Origin: an uncultured Eubacteriales bacterium | Lineage (GTDB): Bacteria; Bacillota; Clostridia; Oscillospirales; Acutalibacteraceae | Reading direction: 5' to 3' | Assembly: GCA_964402095.1 (NCBI GenBank) | Contig: CAYOAW010000002.1 | Coordinates: forward strand, 1 to 46,704 | Length of the DNA: 46,704 nt | Part shown: positions 1-10,057 of the stretch, piece by piece | How the letters are laid out: each line of letters opens with the position of its first letter | Numbering within the stretch: position 1 is the first letter of the stretch | The notes under the pieces: model-generated | What the model was told of the DNA's origin: nothing | The model's input: the letters and a program-made list of their open reading frames with translations, nothing else | Databases searched by the model: none | Program-made: the position numbers and the translations under genes

Positions 1-1
1 C

Positions 2-625
2 CCGCTTACAATCGGTTTCCCGACCGATGAAGAATTTGATTTTAACATTGACTGTGCAACATCAATCACACAGCGCGGCAAGCTGGAGTATTATTCAAGA
101 ATAGGCAAAGCCACTCCTTCTGGCATGGTTATCGGCAGAGACGGCGAACCGAAGACAGACACAGACCAAATCCTGATTGATTTGAACACCGGCGAAGCGG
201 CTTTGGCGCCTTTGGGCGGCATCGGCGAAGAACTCGCGGGTTACAAAGGCTACGGTTATGCAACTGTTATTGAAGTGCTTTCTGCCGCTCTTCAGCAAGG
301 CAACTACATGAAAATGCTCACCGGTATAAAGGACGGCAAACCTGTGCCTTATCATCTCGGCCATTTCTTCATAGCCATCGATACCAACGCTTTCATGGGC
401 TTGGATGAGTTTAAAAAGACAGCCGGCGACATCCTCCGCGAACTCCGCGCATCCGAAAAGGCCCCCGGCCATGACCGTATCTTTACAGCCGGTGAAAAAG
501 AATATGAAGTCTGGCTTGAGCGCAAAGACTCCGGCGTACCGATTAATGATGCTGTTCAGCTTGAATTCATTAAGGTCCGCGACCAACTCAACCTGACAAA
601 ATACAAATTCCCGTGGGAAAACTAA
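2..625 (+). CDS. Ldh2-family (type-2 malate/L-lactate/ureidoglycolate-like) dehydrogenase, C-terminal part; the 5' end is cut by the window edge
   Basis: The frame is open from nt 2 (PLTIGFPTDEEFDFNIDCATSITQRGKLEYY...). Ldh_2 idiom: KGYGYATVIEVLSAALQQG and HLGHFFIAIDTNAF. Confidence 0.7.
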   Translation, partial: PLTIGFPTDEEFDFNIDCATSITQRGKLEYYSRIGKATPSGMVIGRDGEPKTDTDQILIDLNTGEAALAPLGGIGEELAGYKGYGYATVIEVLSAALQQGNYMKMLTGIKDGKPVPYHLGHFFIAIDTNAFMGLDEFKKTAGDILRELRASEKAPGHDRIFTAGEKEYEVWLERKDSGVPINDAVQLEFIKVRDQLNLTKYKFPWEN

Positions 626-749
626 TAAATTGTAACGCAGATACCGGATTCCGTATATTTGATATCTGCTTTGCCATCCGTCTATACTCTGTTCAGCGGG
701 ATAGCGGACAGTCTCCCTTACAATCAATATAAAGGAATGGTAAATTAAA

Positions 750-1925
750 ATGGACTATGCAAAAGAATCACTTAAACTGCATTATGAATGGAAAGGCAAA
801 CTTGAAGTTACCGCCCGCGCCACCGTTAACAACAAAGAAGAGCTTTCCCTGGCGTACACACCCGGTGTCGCACAGCCTTGCCTTGAAATCCAAAAAGATG
901 TCAATAAGAGTTATGAGCTGACACGCCGTTGGAATATGGTTGCTGTCGTCACGGACGGCACAGCTGTTTTAGGTTTGGGTGATATTGGTCCCGAAGCCGG
1001 TATGCCCGTTATGGAAGGCAAATGTGTCCTTTTTAAAGAATTCGGCGGTGTTGACGCATTCCCTCTGTGTATCCGTTCAAAAGAAGTTGATGATATCGTC
1101 AACACAGTTGCGCTTTTGGCCGGAAGTTTCGGCGGCGTAAACCTTGAGGATATCTCCGCGCCCCGTTGTTTCGAAATTGAGCGCCGGCTTAAGGAAAGAT
1201 GCGATATTCCTATTTTCCATGACGATCAGCACGGCACAGCAGTTGTTTGTATGGCCGCCGTTATCAATGCGCTCAAGTATGTAAAGAAAGATTTGAAGGA
1301 TTGCACGGTTGTCTTCAGCGGCGCAGGCGCAGCCGGAGTCGCAATTGCCAAGCTCTTTATTTCGCTTGGTGTCAAGGATGTTATCATGTGCGACCGCAAA
1401 GGAATTGTCTGTGACGGCGACGACCTCACACCCGCAAAGCAGGAACTTGCGGACTTCACAAATAAAAACCACAGAAGAGGCTCCCTTGCGGACGCTATGG
1501 CCGGTTCGGATATATTTGTCGGCGTTTCGGCACCCGGTATTGTCAGCGAAGCAATGGTAAGCTCCATGAACGAGGGCGCTATTGTTATGGCTATGTCAAA
1601 CCCAACACCTGAAATCATGCCGGACCTTGCCCTGAAAGCGGGAGCAAAAGTCGTCGGTACCGGCCGCAGTGATTTCCCGAACCAGATAAACAATGTGCTT
1701 GCTTTCCCCGGTATTTTCAGAGGTGCTTTGGATGTGCGGGCAAGTGATATAAACGAAGAAATGAAAATCGCTGCGGCGAAAGCCATTGCTTCGCTTGTTT
1801 CGGATGAAGAACTTGCCCCTGATTACATCATCCCGAAAGCGTTTGACCCGAGAGTCGGCAAAACAGTTGCCGCGGCGGTTGCCAAAGCCGCAAAAGACAG
1901 CGGAGTCGCAAGAATTGACGGTTAA
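750..1925 (+). CDS. NAD(P)-dependent malic enzyme (short form, no PTA domain)
   Basis: 391 aa. N-terminus HYEWKGKLEV..LSLAYTPGVAQPC, then VVTDGTAVLGLGDIG and a Rossmann motif FSGAGAAGVA. Confidence 0.9.
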   Translation: MDYAKESLKLHYEWKGKLEVTARATVNNKEELSLAYTPGVAQPCLEIQKDVNKSYELTRRWNMVAVVTDGTAVLGLGDIGPEAGMPVMEGKCVLFKEFGGVDAFPLCIRSKEVDDIVNTVALLAGSFGGVNLEDISAPRCFEIERRLKERCDIPIFHDDQHGTAVVCMAAVINALKYVKKDLKDCTVVFSGAGAAGVAIAKLFISLGVKDVIMCDRKGIVCDGDDLTPAKQELADFTNKNHRRGSLADAMAGSDIFVGVSAPGIVSEAMVSSMNEGAIVMAMSNPTPEIMPDLALKAGAKVVGTGRSDFPNQINNVLAFPGIFRGALDVRASDINEEMKIAAAKAIASLVSDEELAPDYIIPKAFDPRVGKTVAAAVAKAAKDSGVARIDG

Positions 1926-2005
1926 AAAACTGATATAATTCGAAGGGAGTAACATTGATTTCGGTCAAGTTGCTCCCTTTATCATAATAGAACGGAGATT
2001 TTCAC

Positions 2006-2662
2006 ATGATAAAAACACTGATATTTGATATGGACGGAGTTCTTATTGACTCAGAAGAAGCGATAACGCTCGCGGCGCAGGAAGCTTTGAGTTGTTGGGG
2101 AATCAACGCTAAATTTGAAGATTTCAAACAGTTTACCGGCATGGGCGAAAATAAATTTCTCGGCGGAGTGGCAGCACTGTACGGAGCAGAGTACACGCTG
2201 GATATGAAAGATAAAACTTATGAAATTTATGTATCAACAGCAAAAGACCGTGTAAAAGTATACCCCTGGTCCAAAGAAATTCTGAACGGATTAAAAGAAA
2301 GAGGAATAAAAATCGCGCTCGCTTCCGCAGCGGATTACACAAAAGTTGAATGCAACCTCCAGTGTATCGGCGTTAATCCGGACATTTTTTCCGCAATCGT
2401 AACCGGCAGCGATGTCAAACATAAAAAGCCCCATCCGGACATTTTTCTGACAGCCGCAAAAATCGCCGGCTTTAATCCCGATGAAACACTTGTTGTCGAG
2501 GATGCCCTTTCCGGAACAAAAGCCGCAAAGGCAGCCGGAATGCACTGCCTTGCACTGACCACTTCTTTTACTGAAAATTCACTCAAAGAAGCCGGCGCTG
2601 ATTTTGTCTCTCCTGATTTATATGGTATATTTGAACTGATAGAAAGGTGTAATAAAAAATGA
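2006..2662 (+). CDS. HAD-superfamily hydrolase (beta-phosphoglucomutase-like subfamily)
   Basis: Motif I FDMDGVLIDSE; later KPHPDIF and VVEDALSGTKAAKAAGM. The stop overlaps the galM start (ATGA). Confidence 0.8.
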   Translation: MIKTLIFDMDGVLIDSEEAITLAAQEALSCWGINAKFEDFKQFTGMGENKFLGGVAALYGAEYTLDMKDKTYEIYVSTAKDRVKVYPWSKEILNGLKERGIKIALASAADYTKVECNLQCIGVNPDIFSAIVTGSDVKHKKPHPDIFLTAAKIAGFNPDETLVVEDALSGTKAAKAAGMHCLALTTSFTENSLKEAGADFVSPDLYGIFELIERCNKK

Positions 2663-3708
2663 GTGTTGAAAAACTGCCGTTCGGAAAAATCGATGACTGT
2701 ATAGATGTTGAACTCTGGATGTTAAAAAACAGTTGCGGAGCATCCGCCGGGATTTTAACCTACGGCGGCACACTCCATTCGCTCAGTATGCCCGATAAAC
2801 TCGGCCATTTTAAAGATGTTCTGATCGGTTTTGACAGCCTTAAAGGACATTTGGAGCATTCAGCTTACCAGGGCCAGCTTGTCGGCCGGTACGCTAACCG
2901 TCTGGCAAAAGGAGAATTTTTTATAAACGGCAACAAATACAGTGTCACCAAAAATGAAAAAGACACCACCTGCCTGCATGGAGGCGGCGAATTTTCACAT
3001 GCTGTTTGGTCCGCAGAGCCTTCCGGAGAAAGCTCGCTTATACTGAAGTACACAAGCCCGGCAGGTTCAAACGGTTTCCCCGGAAAGCTGAACGCTGAAG
3101 TGGTTTATACCCTTACCGATGAAAACGAGCTTGTCATCGATTTTCGTGCAAAGGCTGACGAAGATACGGTTATCAACCTGACCAACCATGCCTATTTCAA
3201 CCTCGGCGGTTTTGATGCCGGCAATGTTCTGGGGCATATCCTTCAAATTAACGCGGATTGTTTCACCCCGACGGATCTATACAGTATCCCGACAGGCGAA
3301 CTGAGGCCTGTGGAAGGAACACCTTTTGATTTTACTCAGCCCAAACCGATCGGCCTTGAAATCAACGCCGCTTACGACCAGCTTACAAACTGCAAGGGAT
3401 ATGACCACAACTTCTGCCTTAATGAACGCACTCCGGATATTTCCGCGGCGGTCGTTTGGGAACCGGTCAGCGGACGGGTGATGGAAGTCTTTACGGACTT
3501 GCCCGGCGTGCAGCTCTACACGGGTAATTTTTTGAATAATGTCCCGGGCAAGGGCGGCACTGTAATGAATCAATACACAGGCTTTTGTCTGGAAACGCAG
3601 TACTATCCCGACACCCCGAACCAGCCAAGCTTTCCGCAATGCACTTTCAAAGCAGGCGAAGAATTCCGTTCAAAAACATCTTTCAAGTTTTCAACATACA
3701 CATCCTGA
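2659..3708 (+). CDS. galM: aldose 1-epimerase (galactose mutarotase)
   Basis: 349 aa. Motifs GRYANRLAKGEF, LHGG, NLTNHAYFNL and GFCLETQYYPD are typical of the mutarotase fold. Confidence 0.85.
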   Translation: MSVEKLPFGKIDDCIDVELWMLKNSCGASAGILTYGGTLHSLSMPDKLGHFKDVLIGFDSLKGHLEHSAYQGQLVGRYANRLAKGEFFINGNKYSVTKNEKDTTCLHGGGEFSHAVWSAEPSGESSLILKYTSPAGSNGFPGKLNAEVVYTLTDENELVIDFRAKADEDTVINLTNHAYFNLGGFDAGNVLGHILQINADCFTPTDLYSIPTGELRPVEGTPFDFTQPKPIGLEINAAYDQLTNCKGYDHNFCLNERTPDISAAVVWEPVSGRVMEVFTDLPGVQLYTGNFLNNVPGKGGTVMNQYTGFCLETQYYPDTPNQPSFPQCTFKAGEEFRSKTSFKFSTYTS

Positions 3709-3720
3709 ATAAACTTTTAT

Positions 3721-3778
3721 TGACCGCTGACTGTTTTATATATGCTCAATCGATGTATATTAAAACAATCAGCGGTCA
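3721..3778. repeat. long inverted repeat (18-nt arms with 1 mismatch, 22-nt spacer) just after galM; possible terminator or stabiliser hairpin
   Basis: TGACCGCTGACTGTTTTA (3721-3738) pairs with TAAAACAATCAGCGGTCA (3761-3778). No T-run follows. Confidence 0.5.
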
Positions 3779-3903
3779 TTCATCACAAAATATTTTCTTA
3801 ATATTCACAGAAAAGACAAAATTAAAAGTGTATAATATAAATATAAATACTGAACCGGTGCTTTTCCCGAAAGGGATAAATTATATAAAACGGAGTTGAT
3901 TTT

Positions 3904-4593
3904 GTGTCAAACGAAAAAATTCTTGTTGTGGATGATGACACCAATATATGCGAACTGCTGAGATTGTACCTTGAAAAAGAACAATTCAGGGTAGTACTTG
4001 CTCATGACGGCGTTTCCGCGGTCAAGGTATTTCAGGAAAGTCAGCCCGACCTGATGCTTCTTGACATCATGCTTCCTCAACTGGACGGTTGGCAGGTATG
4101 CCGGGAAATACGCAAGTCCTCGAACAAGCCCATCATTATGCTCACCGCAAAAGGAGAAACCTTTGACAAGGTGCTCGGATTGGAGCTTGGCGCCGATGAT
4201 TATGTTGTTAAACCGTTTGACGCCAAAGAAGTTGTCGCAAGGGTTAAAGCTGTTCTCCGCAGAAGCTCAACCGGTTCCGATACAGTTGTTAAAGAGGTTA
4301 ACTTCGATAAACTGAGCATTAACCTTACAAACTATGAGCTTAAGGTGGATGGCAAAAAAATTGATACGCCGCCCAAAGAACTGGAATTAATTTACCACCT
4401 TGCCTGCAACCCAAACAGGGTTTACACCCGGGATCAGCTGCTTGATGAAGTTTGGGGCTTTGATTATTACGGTGACTCAAGGACTGTGGATGTTCATGTC
4501 AAGCGTTTGCGCGAAAAGCTGGAAGGCGTATCTGAAAAATGGGAACTAAAGACAGTTTGGAGCGTAGGATATAAGTTTGAAACAAAGGATTAA
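3904..4593 (+). CDS. OmpR/PhoB-family response regulator
   Basis: GTG start 8 nt after GGAG. Receiver motifs VVDDD, LLDIMLP and LTAKG. C-terminal winged helix VDVHVKRLREKL. Confidence 0.9.
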   Translation: MSNEKILVVDDDTNICELLRLYLEKEQFRVVLAHDGVSAVKVFQESQPDLMLLDIMLPQLDGWQVCREIRKSSNKPIIMLTAKGETFDKVLGLELGADDYVVKPFDAKEVVARVKAVLRRSSTGSDTVVKEVNFDKLSINLTNYELKVDGKKIDTPPKELELIYHLACNPNRVYTRDQLLDEVWGFDYYGDSRTVDVHVKRLREKLEGVSEKWELKTVWSVGYKFETKD

Positions 4594-4596
4594 ACT

Positions 4597-6072
4597 ATGC
4601 GCATAAAGAAAAAGAACACTCTTTTCAGAAAATATGTGTTAATTATTTCCTCGGTGATATTTACAAGTTTTATCATCCTGGGGGGAGCGTTGCTTTTTTT
4701 TATTTCTAAATCATGGGTAACGGAAAAGGATCTTCTTTTAAAAGAAAACGCGGAAAGTATCGCGGGAACCACCAGTGAACTGGTGGAATCGGGTTATATG
4801 CGTGAAAATGAAAACGGTTCCGTCCTGATGATATGCAACACACTTTCGCTGGTATCCTCCGCAATCGATTCGGACATTTATATTACCAACACAGACGGAA
4901 AAGTGATCTACTGCCGTGATTTGCTGCGTGCCGATATGATTGTTATGCCGGGCGGATGCGAAATCCACGGCAAATACAACATTCCGAAGCAAATTATCGA
5001 AAATGCCATCAAAAATAAAGGTTACAATACCGTAAGCGACCTGAACGGTATTTACAGCAGTGATAATTTAGTGGTTGCGGAGCCGATTTTTGCGAACGGG
5101 CAGGCAATAGGCGTTGTTTTTGCGGCACAGCCTATTATTGGTGTGATGGGGCCATATGTGATGTCCATATTGAAAATGTTTGCCTTTGCGTCAATTTTTG
5201 CGCTTGCTATAGCTTTTTTGACCGTTTACTTTATGATATACAGACTGACAAAGCCTTTACGGCAAATGTCTGAAGCTACAAAAAGCTTTGCTTCGGGTGA
5301 CTTCAGTTACAGGGTTCATATTAAAGGCGATGACGAGCTTGCGGAGCTTGCCGGAGCTTTTAACTCGATGGCAAAAGATTTGGCTACTTTGGAATCATCC
5401 AGACGAAGTTTTGTTGCAAATGTATCACATGAACTGAAAACGCCGATGACTACTATCGGCGGGTTCATCGACGGCATACTCGACGGAACGATTGAAGAAG
5501 AAAAACGCAACTATTATCTTGGAATTGTTTCCGATGAGGTTAAGCGGCTTTCAAGGTTGGTGACAAGCATGCTTAATATGTCAAAAATTGAGGCGGGAGA
5601 ATTGAATCTTAAACCGATTCGTTTTGATATCTCGGAGCAGATTTTTAAGACGATGCTTGCTTTTGAGCAGCTTATTCAGAAAAAAAACATTAATATTATC
5701 GGGCTTGACCAAATGCGGAGTGTTTATTTGTCAGCGGATGAGGATATGATTAACCAGGTCATCTATAATCTTGTTGATAATGCGGTTAAATTCACACCGG
5801 ATTACGGTACAATTGAATTATCTTCATGCGAGGAAAGCCAACTGGCCGTCGTAAGAATTAAAAACAGCGGTGCCGGCATATCGTCCGAAGAAATCGGAAA
5901 AGTATTTGAACGGTTTTACAAGGTCGATAAATCCCGTAGCTTTGATGTACGCGGTGCAGGTTTAGGGCTTTATATTGTAAAATCAATTATTGAACTGCAC
6001 GGCGGAACAATCAGTGTAAGCAGCGTTGAAAATCTTTACACCGAATTTGTATTTAAGCTTCCATTAATATAA
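4597..6072 (+). CDS. sensor histidine kinase (2 TM, extracytoplasmic loop, HAMP, HisKA, HATPase_c)
   Basis: H-box SHELKTPMT, N-box DNAVKFTP, G-box GAGLGLYIV. Starts 3 nt after the response-regulator stop. Confidence 0.9.
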   Translation: MRIKKKNTLFRKYVLIISSVIFTSFIILGGALLFFISKSWVTEKDLLLKENAESIAGTTSELVESGYMRENENGSVLMICNTLSLVSSAIDSDIYITNTDGKVIYCRDLLRADMIVMPGGCEIHGKYNIPKQIIENAIKNKGYNTVSDLNGIYSSDNLVVAEPIFANGQAIGVVFAAQPIIGVMGPYVMSILKMFAFASIFALAIAFLTVYFMIYRLTKPLRQMSEATKSFASGDFSYRVHIKGDDELAELAGAFNSMAKDLATLESSRRSFVANVSHELKTPMTTIGGFIDGILDGTIEEEKRNYYLGIVSDEVKRLSRLVTSMLNMSKIEAGELNLKPIRFDISEQIFKTMLAFEQLIQKKNINIIGLDQMRSVYLSADEDMINQVIYNLVDNAVKFTPDYGTIELSSCEESQLAVVRIKNSGAGISSEEIGKVFERFYKVDKSRSFDVRGAGLGLYIVKSIIELHGGTISVSSVENLYTEFVFKLPLI

Positions 6073-6213
6073 TAGAGGTATCATCCACAGATAAAATTTT
6101 CCGCCTAACATTATTTACCGAATGTTCAAATTTATTTCACATGATTCATACAAATTTTTAAACAATACGCGTTATACTAAACTCACAGTTAAACAAATTT
6201 GGGAGGTATACAA

Positions 6214-7830
6214 ATGAACGAAAACGATAATATTCAAAATTCTAACCAGCCTGATGGTTTATCCGGCGATGCACCGATAGAGAGAACTGCAGGCGAACCG
6301 GCCGAAACCGCAGGCCAAACCCCCGGGAATGAAAATGTTTCGGCCGGAAACAGCCGGGAAACAGATACCGGCGCACAGACACAAGGTACACCATATACCC
6401 CACCGTCATATCCGCCGTATACCGGGCAGCAATATACCCAGCAGCACCCGCAACAGCCATATTACTACGGCAATCCGCAGCAGCCATATTATACACAGCC
6501 GCAGTATACAGCCACAGCCCAGTACGGCACAGTCACTCCGCCGCCGCAAAAGGGCAGAAAAAAAGGCACAAAAATATTTTATTCGCTTCTTTCCGTTCTG
6601 TTGGTTTTCGCATTGGTAATCGGCGGTTTCGCTATCGGGAAACATACGGTTGCGACAAGAGGAGAAGATACAACTACCACAACAGCTGACGGTGCGACAC
6701 TCAAAATCAACGATACGCCCGAATCCTCAACCCAGTCAACAAACGCGTCGGGTGCTTTAACCACCGTTCAGGTTGCCAACAAAGTAAAAGCGTCAGTGGT
6801 AGGCATTCTGGTATATTCAACCCAAAGTGTATGGCCGTCATCTTCTTCCGGCAACGGTAACTCTGACTCGGCAACCGGTGAAGGTTCCGGCATCATTATG
6901 GGAACAGACACCAGCGGTAAATATACTTATATTATAACCTGCGCCCATGTCATCAGCGATACAGGTGTGAGTATATCGGTTCAGCTGTCTGACGGCACTA
7001 AAAAAGAAGCTGAAATCGTCGGTTACGATTTGCGCACAGATGTCGGTGTTATTAAAATTAAAATGACAGGTTTAACCGCAGCCGAATTCGGCAACTCAAA
7101 CTCCCTTCAGGTCGGTGAGCAGGTTTTCGCAGTCGGCAACCCGGGAGGCACCGAATTTTTCGGTTCTTTCACCAGCGGCGTTGTTTCGGCCATAGACCGC
7201 CCGATCAGCAGTGAAATCGGTTACACAATGGAATGTATCCAACATGATGCAGCGATTAATCCCGGCAACTCCGGCGGTGCCCTAGTGAATATTTACGGTC
7301 AGGTTATCGGTATCAACTCACTTAAAATTGCAGATACAAGCTATGAAGGCATGGGTTTTGCGATACCCATCAGTTCCGCAAAATCGATTGTTGACAGCCT
7401 GATCAAATACGGTTATGTGCCGAACAGGCCAAAACTCGGTATCACATACTATTCGGCAGACTCGAACCAGTCATACAGCATGATTGTTCAATTGAAAGGC
7501 CTCCCGAGCGGTTCGCTGATAATCAACGAAATCAGTGCCGACAGCAGCCTTGCAAACACCAAAGCAAAAGCAGGCGACCTTATTATCGCGGCTAACGGAA
7601 AAAAACTTGATACAGCAAATGTCTTGCTTGAGATTATCGACAAAGGCAAGGTTGGCGACACCATAACCCTGACGCTATGCAGAGTGAGTATCGCAAACAA
7701 CAACTATCAATTCTCCAACTTTGATGTGAAGGTTAAGCTTGTTGAGGACAAAGGCACCACCGTATCAAGCACGCCGACAACTGAAGCCACTACAGATGTA
7801 TTCAGTTATTTTGAAAACCCTTGGGGTTAA
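6214..7830 (+). CDS. htrA: membrane-anchored HtrA/DegP-type serine protease with a PDZ domain
   Basis: ATG at 6214 follows a GGGAGG RBS. Triad context CAHVI, DVGVIK, GNSGGAL. One TM (IFYSLLSVLLVFALVIGGFAI). PDZ-like C-terminus. Confidence 0.88.
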   Translation: MNENDNIQNSNQPDGLSGDAPIERTAGEPAETAGQTPGNENVSAGNSRETDTGAQTQGTPYTPPSYPPYTGQQYTQQHPQQPYYYGNPQQPYYTQPQYTATAQYGTVTPPPQKGRKKGTKIFYSLLSVLLVFALVIGGFAIGKHTVATRGEDTTTTTADGATLKINDTPESSTQSTNASGALTTVQVANKVKASVVGILVYSTQSVWPSSSSGNGNSDSATGEGSGIIMGTDTSGKYTYIITCAHVISDTGVSISVQLSDGTKKEAEIVGYDLRTDVGVIKIKMTGLTAAEFGNSNSLQVGEQVFAVGNPGGTEFFGSFTSGVVSAIDRPISSEIGYTMECIQHDAAINPGNSGGALVNIYGQVIGINSLKIADTSYEGMGFAIPISSAKSIVDSLIKYGYVPNRPKLGITYYSADSNQSYSMIVQLKGLPSGSLIINEISADSSLANTKAKAGDLIIAANGKKLDTANVLLEIIDKGKVGDTITLTLCRVSIANNNYQFSNFDVKVKLVEDKGTTVSSTPTTEATTDVFSYFENPWG

Positions 7831-7853
7831 TAAATAACAATAACAACAAAAAC

Positions 7854-7874
7854 AGGGGCGGATAATCCGCCCCT
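7854..7874. terminator. hairpin between convergent htrA and the carboxypeptidase gene
   Basis: AGGGGCGGA-TAA-TCCGCCCCT. A T-rich run follows on the minus strand (GTTTTTGTTGTT). Confidence 0.7.
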
Positions 7875-7896
7875 TAACTTATACCCGATTTCATTT

Positions 7897-9258
7897 CTAT
7901 TTGCCTTGAATATCCCGGTAATTGAGAACTCTCAGCCTTTTTCTTTTTCGCCTGTGAAGCCTTGAATACAAAATCAGGCAAGCAAATGCGGCCGCAAATA
8001 GAAATAACACGGCAGCAATTATCTTAAAAGCCACAGTTGAAGCAAGCGAACGGACCAGCGATCCTATAAACAGAATCAAGCTTCTGTCAACATCTTCTCC
8101 GGAAACAAGGGTTATCCGTGTTATTTCCTCCCCTGCATACAATACTCTTGCCTGGGCAATCTCCTGCCCTTTTTTCACCGGAGCATTGATGCTTTCGGGC
8201 ACGCTTTTCTCAACCACATCAATCAGAACACTGCCGGCATTGATCCCGGAAGGCACAAGCGCCAGCACATCTTCTTTCGGCATAAGCTGAACATGGTCGA
8301 CACTCCAGGAAAGTTTTACCGGAACTTCGGATATAATCTGGGTTGATCTCGCAACGGTGCGAAGTTTAATATTGTCAAAAGTCCAGTTAAAAAGCGTTTT
8401 GCAGTCCACTAAAGCACAGTTTTCATTTACACCGTCTTTATCGATATCTTCAAAAGGCGCCTTCATAATAACAGCAAGATAACTGTACCCGTCTTTGCTG
8501 GCTTTTGATATCACGCAGCGTCCTGCTCCCGTGGTTGATCCTGTTTTAATACCGGATGCATATTTGCAATAATAATCCTTATAACCTTCGTTCATCAGTA
8601 AAACCGTACTGTTCAATTTCCGTATTCCGCTTAAATTGGTAGCCGGCACGCTGTAGTTTTCGTTTGAAGTTATTTTAACAAACAGCGGTATTTTCATCGC
8701 TTCCTTGACGATTTTCATCATATCGTTTGCAGTGGTTTTTTGGCCATCTTCATCTAAACCGTGCGGATTTACGAAATGAGTATTCCTGCATCCGATACTC
8801 TTCACATAATCATTCATCATGTCAACGAACTTATCCATATTGCCGGCCACATAATCCGCCAGTACGGTAGCCGCGTCATTGGCGCTTGGAACGAGGAGAC
8901 AATACAGGAGGTTCAATACCGATATTTTTTCTCCCGGTTTCAACCCCACATTAGAGCTGTTGGTCCCGTCCAGCATACGAATGGTATATTCGGGAACTGT
9001 AATGACGGTATTGAGGTTTTTGCAGTTTTTAAGCACAATGGCCGCCGTTATGATCTTTGTAAACGAAGCCGGCGGTGTCACAACATCTGCATTCTTTTCA
9101 AAAATAACACTGCCGTCATCAAGGCTTTCCAATAAAATTATATCGGCATAGTGGGGAATCGTTTCCAGCACCTGGTTATATAAAGCCCGTGCCTGAGTAA
9201 CCGGCACGGCGCAAATAATCAATACGAAACAGCAAAAAAATATTATTGCCTTTTTCAT
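7897..9258 (-). CDS. D-alanyl-D-alanine carboxypeptidase (PBP5/6-type, S11 family) with a C-terminal membrane anchor
   Basis: SxxK (SFTK), SxN (SAND) and KTG (KTGS) motifs. I place the start at MKKAIIFF (9258), preceded by AGGTGG. The ORF-track start at 9387 is upstream read-through. Confidence 0.88.
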   Translation of the reverse strand: MKKAIIFFCCFVLIICAVPVTQARALYNQVLETIPHYADIILLESLDDGSVIFEKNADVVTPPASFTKIITAAIVLKNCKNLNTVITVPEYTIRMLDGTNSSNVGLKPGEKISVLNLLYCLLVPSANDAATVLADYVAGNMDKFVDMMNDYVKSIGCRNTHFVNPHGLDEDGQKTTANDMMKIVKEAMKIPLFVKITSNENYSVPATNLSGIRKLNSTVLLMNEGYKDYYCKYASGIKTGSTTGAGRCVISKASKDGYSYLAVIMKAPFEDIDKDGVNENCALVDCKTLFNWTFDNIKLRTVARSTQIISEVPVKLSWSVDHVQLMPKEDVLALVPSGINAGSVLIDVVEKSVPESINAPVKKGQEIAQARVLYAGEEITRITLVSGEDVDRSLILFIGSLVRSLASTVAFKIIAAVLFLFAAAFACLILYSRLHRRKRKRLRVLNYRDIQGK

Positions 9259-9364
9259 AGACAACCCACCTCTGAATGATGTATTATTAAAAAGTATTAT
9301 ATCAGCTTTGCAGCTAAAAATAAATAGTATAACAGTTTGATTTATTAGTGCGGGGGAAACAAAA

Positions 9365-10057
9365 ATGGTCTTCATAACCGGCGACACCCACGGAGATTAC
9401 AGCCGATTTCAGCAAACAAAGATGAAAAAACTTTCCAAAGGCGACACTTTGATTATTTGCGGCGATTTCGGCTTTATTTGGGATAACAGCAAAGCAGAAC
9501 AAAAGATTTTAAAGAAACTCGGGAAAAAGAAATATAATATTTGCTTTATTGACGGGACACACGAAAATTTTGATTTGCTTTATAAATATAAGATAAGTGA
9601 GTGGAACGGCGGAAAGGTTCGCCATATTTGCGGCAATCTATACCATTTAATGAGAGGGCAGATCTTCACTGTCGACGGCTTGAAAATTTTCACAATGGGT
9701 GGCGGTGAAAGCCCGGATATTGAACTCCGTTATGAGAACAGCACTTGGTCGCGCTTTGAAATCCCGGACAGAGAAGAACTTTTAGAGGGCGCTCAAAGCC
9801 TTGAAGAGGCCGGATGCAAAGCCGATATTATCGTAACACATGAGCCGCCTCAAAAAATTAAAGGCTTCTTAAAACTGAAAGACAGTGATTCTGTCAGAGT
9901 CACCGGACTTAACGCTTATTTTGAAGAACTCAGCAGCTCCTGTGAATTTAAAAAATGGTTTTTCGGTTCCATGCACATCGACAAACATATTTCGAGCACA
10001 CATATAGCTGTATTTCAGCAGGTTGTGAACGCCGAAACGGGAGAACTGCTGAAGTAA
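9365..10057 (+). CDS. metallophosphoesterase (calcineurin-like)
   Basis: Motifs FITGDTHGD, ICGDFG, DGTHEN and VTHEPP. Confidence 0.8.
   Translation: MVFITGDTHGDYSRFQQTKMKKLSKGDTLIICGDFGFIWDNSKAEQKILKKLGKKKYNICFIDGTHENFDLLYKYKISEWNGGKVRHICGNLYHLMRGQIFTVDGLKIFTMGGGESPDIELRYENSTWSRFEIPDREELLEGAQSLEEAGCKADIIVTHEPPQKIKGFLKLKDSDSVRVTGLNAYFEELSSSCEFKKWFFGSMHIDKHISSTHIAVFQQVVNAETGELLK

Noticed and set aside
95-727. 210-aa minus-strand ORF
   Set aside because: It lies entirely antisense to the Ldh2-family coding region, which has clear family motifs. It has no RBS and its composition is not protein-like.
9259-9387. N-terminal extension of the carboxypeptidase ORF (start at 9387)
   Set aside because: The internal MKKAIIFF start has an AGGTGG RBS and begins a signal peptide. 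The upstream part is intergenic read-through shared with the divergent promoter region.
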